DNA of 64,000 nucleotides from Takakia lepidozioides (lineage: Eukaryota > Plantae > Bryophyta). Position 1 is the first letter of the stretch. Every line of letters starts with the position of its first letter. This document shows, piece by piece, positions 61,561 through 64,000 of the stretch. The notes under the pieces were generated by a model. That model made no database searches, was not told the DNA's origin, and saw nothing but the letters and a program-made list of their open reading frames with translations. Where the stretch lies: the NCBI GenBank assembly GCA_030704615.1, contig CM060732.1, forward strand, positions 44,888,001 through 44,952,000, given 5' to 3'. The translations under genes and the position numbers were made by a program.

Positions 61561-62208
61561 GTCTTCTAGTGGGTGCAGAGCCTCCGGAAGGGTGAGAAAC
61601 CTAGCTATACTAGTGGACCCGTGAATGTGTCTTGGGTAGCATTGTGGGTAGTAATCTGAATGCCTGGCTAGGACGGAAATCCATGTCTATCGCTCCACGA
61701 ATTGCTATTGCAGAAAACTGCAGTGTGATAAAATGTGTGCACTGTAGCAGTATATAGAGTGAACCATGCATCCTATTTGCATTCATGCCTGACTGTTGTA
61801 TTAACTGGCCGTTGTCCCAAAACACCCGCCCCCCACTTTCAAAAACAAATGAGGAATTTGAAATGGGAATCATTAGTCGGCTGTTTAATTAGCTTCACTA
61901 ATCCACCATTAATTAAGCCCCTTGTACTCCAAAAACGCCCTATAGTGTACTTAATCCAAAGTAGTAATTAACCTTGAACTACCTCCATTGCAAAAGTGCA
62001 CAGTACTAGGATGAAAAGGGTGACTTCATTCATAAAAAATAGGGGACAGAAAAAGGCAACGCGCACTTTTAGATGCTGCTACCTTAGAGAAAAAGGAGGG
62101 GGGGCTCCTGAGTAAACGATGGGCCGGGCTATAGGGATGTCTGTTTTATTTATAGAAGGTTAAAAATAGGCCCACCATTGGAGCAGCCAATGGCGGGTTA
62201 GGATTATA

Positions 62209-62410
62209 GGTTTTATAGGGTAAGAATTAGTGGAAATGTGTCAAAGGGTGGGGTAAGGTAGGACTCGTGGGGGTGTCACTAGGGTCTTCTAGAAGGCCCC
62301 AAGATTAGAGGTTTTATAGGGTTAGAATTAGTGGAAACGTGTCAAAGTGTTAAAGGGTGGGGTAAGGTAGGACTCGTGGGGGTGTCTCTAGGGTCTTCTA
62401 GAAGGCCCCA
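62209..62410. repeat. Direct tandem duplication of ~95-100 bp
   Basis: ggttttataggg..agaattagtggaaa.gtgtcaaag...ggtaggactcgtgggggtgtc.ctagggtcttctagaaggcccc occurs twice. Confidence 0.8.
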
Positions 62411-63564
62411 CCACCGCCTCGCAGGGTCTTCTCGAAGTCTCCAGCACCGCCTCCCAGACTATATAAGGGCCGTTTGTTTTTTTATGTTCACATGAGGAAT
62501 ATGCATAGGTGTGTGCTACAAAAAAGCTCTGATGCCTTCCAAAGGAAGTGTGGTGCCTCTTGACTCTTGGCCTCGAAGGGCTACTATTGGTATGTGCTCT
62601 TACTATGCCAAAACGGTAAATGTAATGCCAGTTTGCATTTTCCTATGTCTAAAACGACAATAGGAATAATGTAAGAACTTACTGGACGCATGTGATTTGA
62701 CGGTACTTTTGGCAGCCTGGGCTCCTCCGGCGGGGCCCTTGTCAAATCCTCCCCACCCCTTCTTACCTCGGTTTTGCTATTAAATACTTAATAGTTGTGG
62801 TGGGTAGCGTGATGGTAAGATATTGCAAGTGGCGAGGTTTAGGGTTCAAATCTTGATGGGGGGTCTTGTAGTGTAACCCGAGTATTAGTATTCCAATCGG
62901 TTTAACCCTTTGTAACGCCGGTTTCTCATGTAACTCGGGTTAGTCTTGAACTCAAATCAAATTTCGAGACCAAGTGTGAGGTACACCGAGTGGAGTTACA
63001 CTCCATTTTGTGTAACCCCGAGTGGAGTTACACACTTTGTGTAACCCCGATTGGAGTTTATACTCCTTTAGTTCCATGTCACTCTCAAGAGAGAGTGGGG
63101 AAGATTTGACATGCCAAAAACCGGTGTACCATCCTGTCAGAGGTTGCACATGTGCATGCCCTTCTTACATTATTCCTATTATATTCCGTCTAAAACATGT
63201 CACATTATTCTATTCATATCTGCCGGCCTCAAGATCCGTCACAAATGTATCAAACCTACTTCAGATCCAGCAGGCATAACCGACGGATAATTGGCAAAAT
63301 GAAAATCTACTAATTCGTAAGTGGCCAATGCATGCTCAACATTCCCTGGCACGATCTGGATCATTGGATGTTGGCAGAATTAAGTTATTTTGTTGAATCT
63401 TGGGCATGATTATTGCTCAACTTTTTGGACCCCATTACTTTGGCTGCTTCTCTGGTGTTGACATGTGTTAGCCTTGCACTGGCCAGTCACCTCGGGCAAT
63501 GGCCATTGGGAGGCGAATCCCTAAAATAATCCCACTAGCCACGGCTTTGGTGCAAGATCTTTGA

Positions 63565-63953
63565 GGGCCACTTTACACTAGGGACCAAGACCAAGTGGAA
63601 ATGGAGCAAAGAGAGAGAAGATTCCGGCCAAGGCCGGCGTAACTAAGAGCCACTTCGCCCTGCGGCTACTGCCCCTTATGAGGGGTGGGCCCTATGGAAA
63701 TGGAGAGGGCCGAAAATTGTTCCCAAGGGCTTTACATTAGGGACCAAGCCCAAAAGACCAAAGCGGGCCAATAAGCTTAAATGGCACCTACTTTTTGCAC
63801 GAACTTCTTGGTTTAGACCAAGGAAATGGAACCCTCTTGATAGCGGGGCCAACTCATTGCCTCGCTGAACCAAGACGTAGGACCAAGACCAGCCCAAGAG
63901 TGGCACTTCTCGGTCCCACGATTTCTTGGTCTTGGTCCCTAGTGAAGTGGCCC
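63565..63953. mobile_element. MITE with ~30-bp TIRs (Harbinger-like GGGCC ends)
   Basis: GGGCCACTTTACACTAGGGACCAAGACCAAG ... CTTGGTCTTGGTCCCTAGTGAAGTGGCCC; flanks TGA/TCA are not identical. Confidence 0.75.
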
Positions 63954-64000
63954 TCAGTATCACTCCTCTAGAGACCATGCCGTTCCAGTTATGATTCCGA

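Overview
Eukaryotic, transposon-rich land-plant DNA. Spliceosomal introns, a PLS-type PPR fragment, an NPF transporter and a CFAP206 fragment point to a flagellate-sperm lineage such as a bryophyte, lycophyte or fern (inference). Only one intact host gene is evident: a 4-exon NPF/PTR transporter (13163-16059, -). The rest is mobile DNA: an internally deleted Ty1/copia element (8406-12297, TSD GTTAC), a PIF/Harbinger region carrying many host-gene fragments, LINE remnants, MITEs, an LTR remnant and a TTAA-flanked insert. The standout is an 11.9-kb Ty3/gypsy retrotransposon (44845-56743, -, TSD GGTG). Its polyprotein reads Gag-protease-[DNMT3-like C5 cytosine methyltransferase]-RT-RNaseH-integrase-[PHD finger]. 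It also has a split terminal architecture (B-internal-A-B-A), an apparent self-priming site instead of a tRNA PBS, an extra ORF and captured intron-less host fragments. Many ORFs carry 1-bp frameshifts, which could be decay or assembly errors. All family assignments come from motif recognition by eye; no database search was run.
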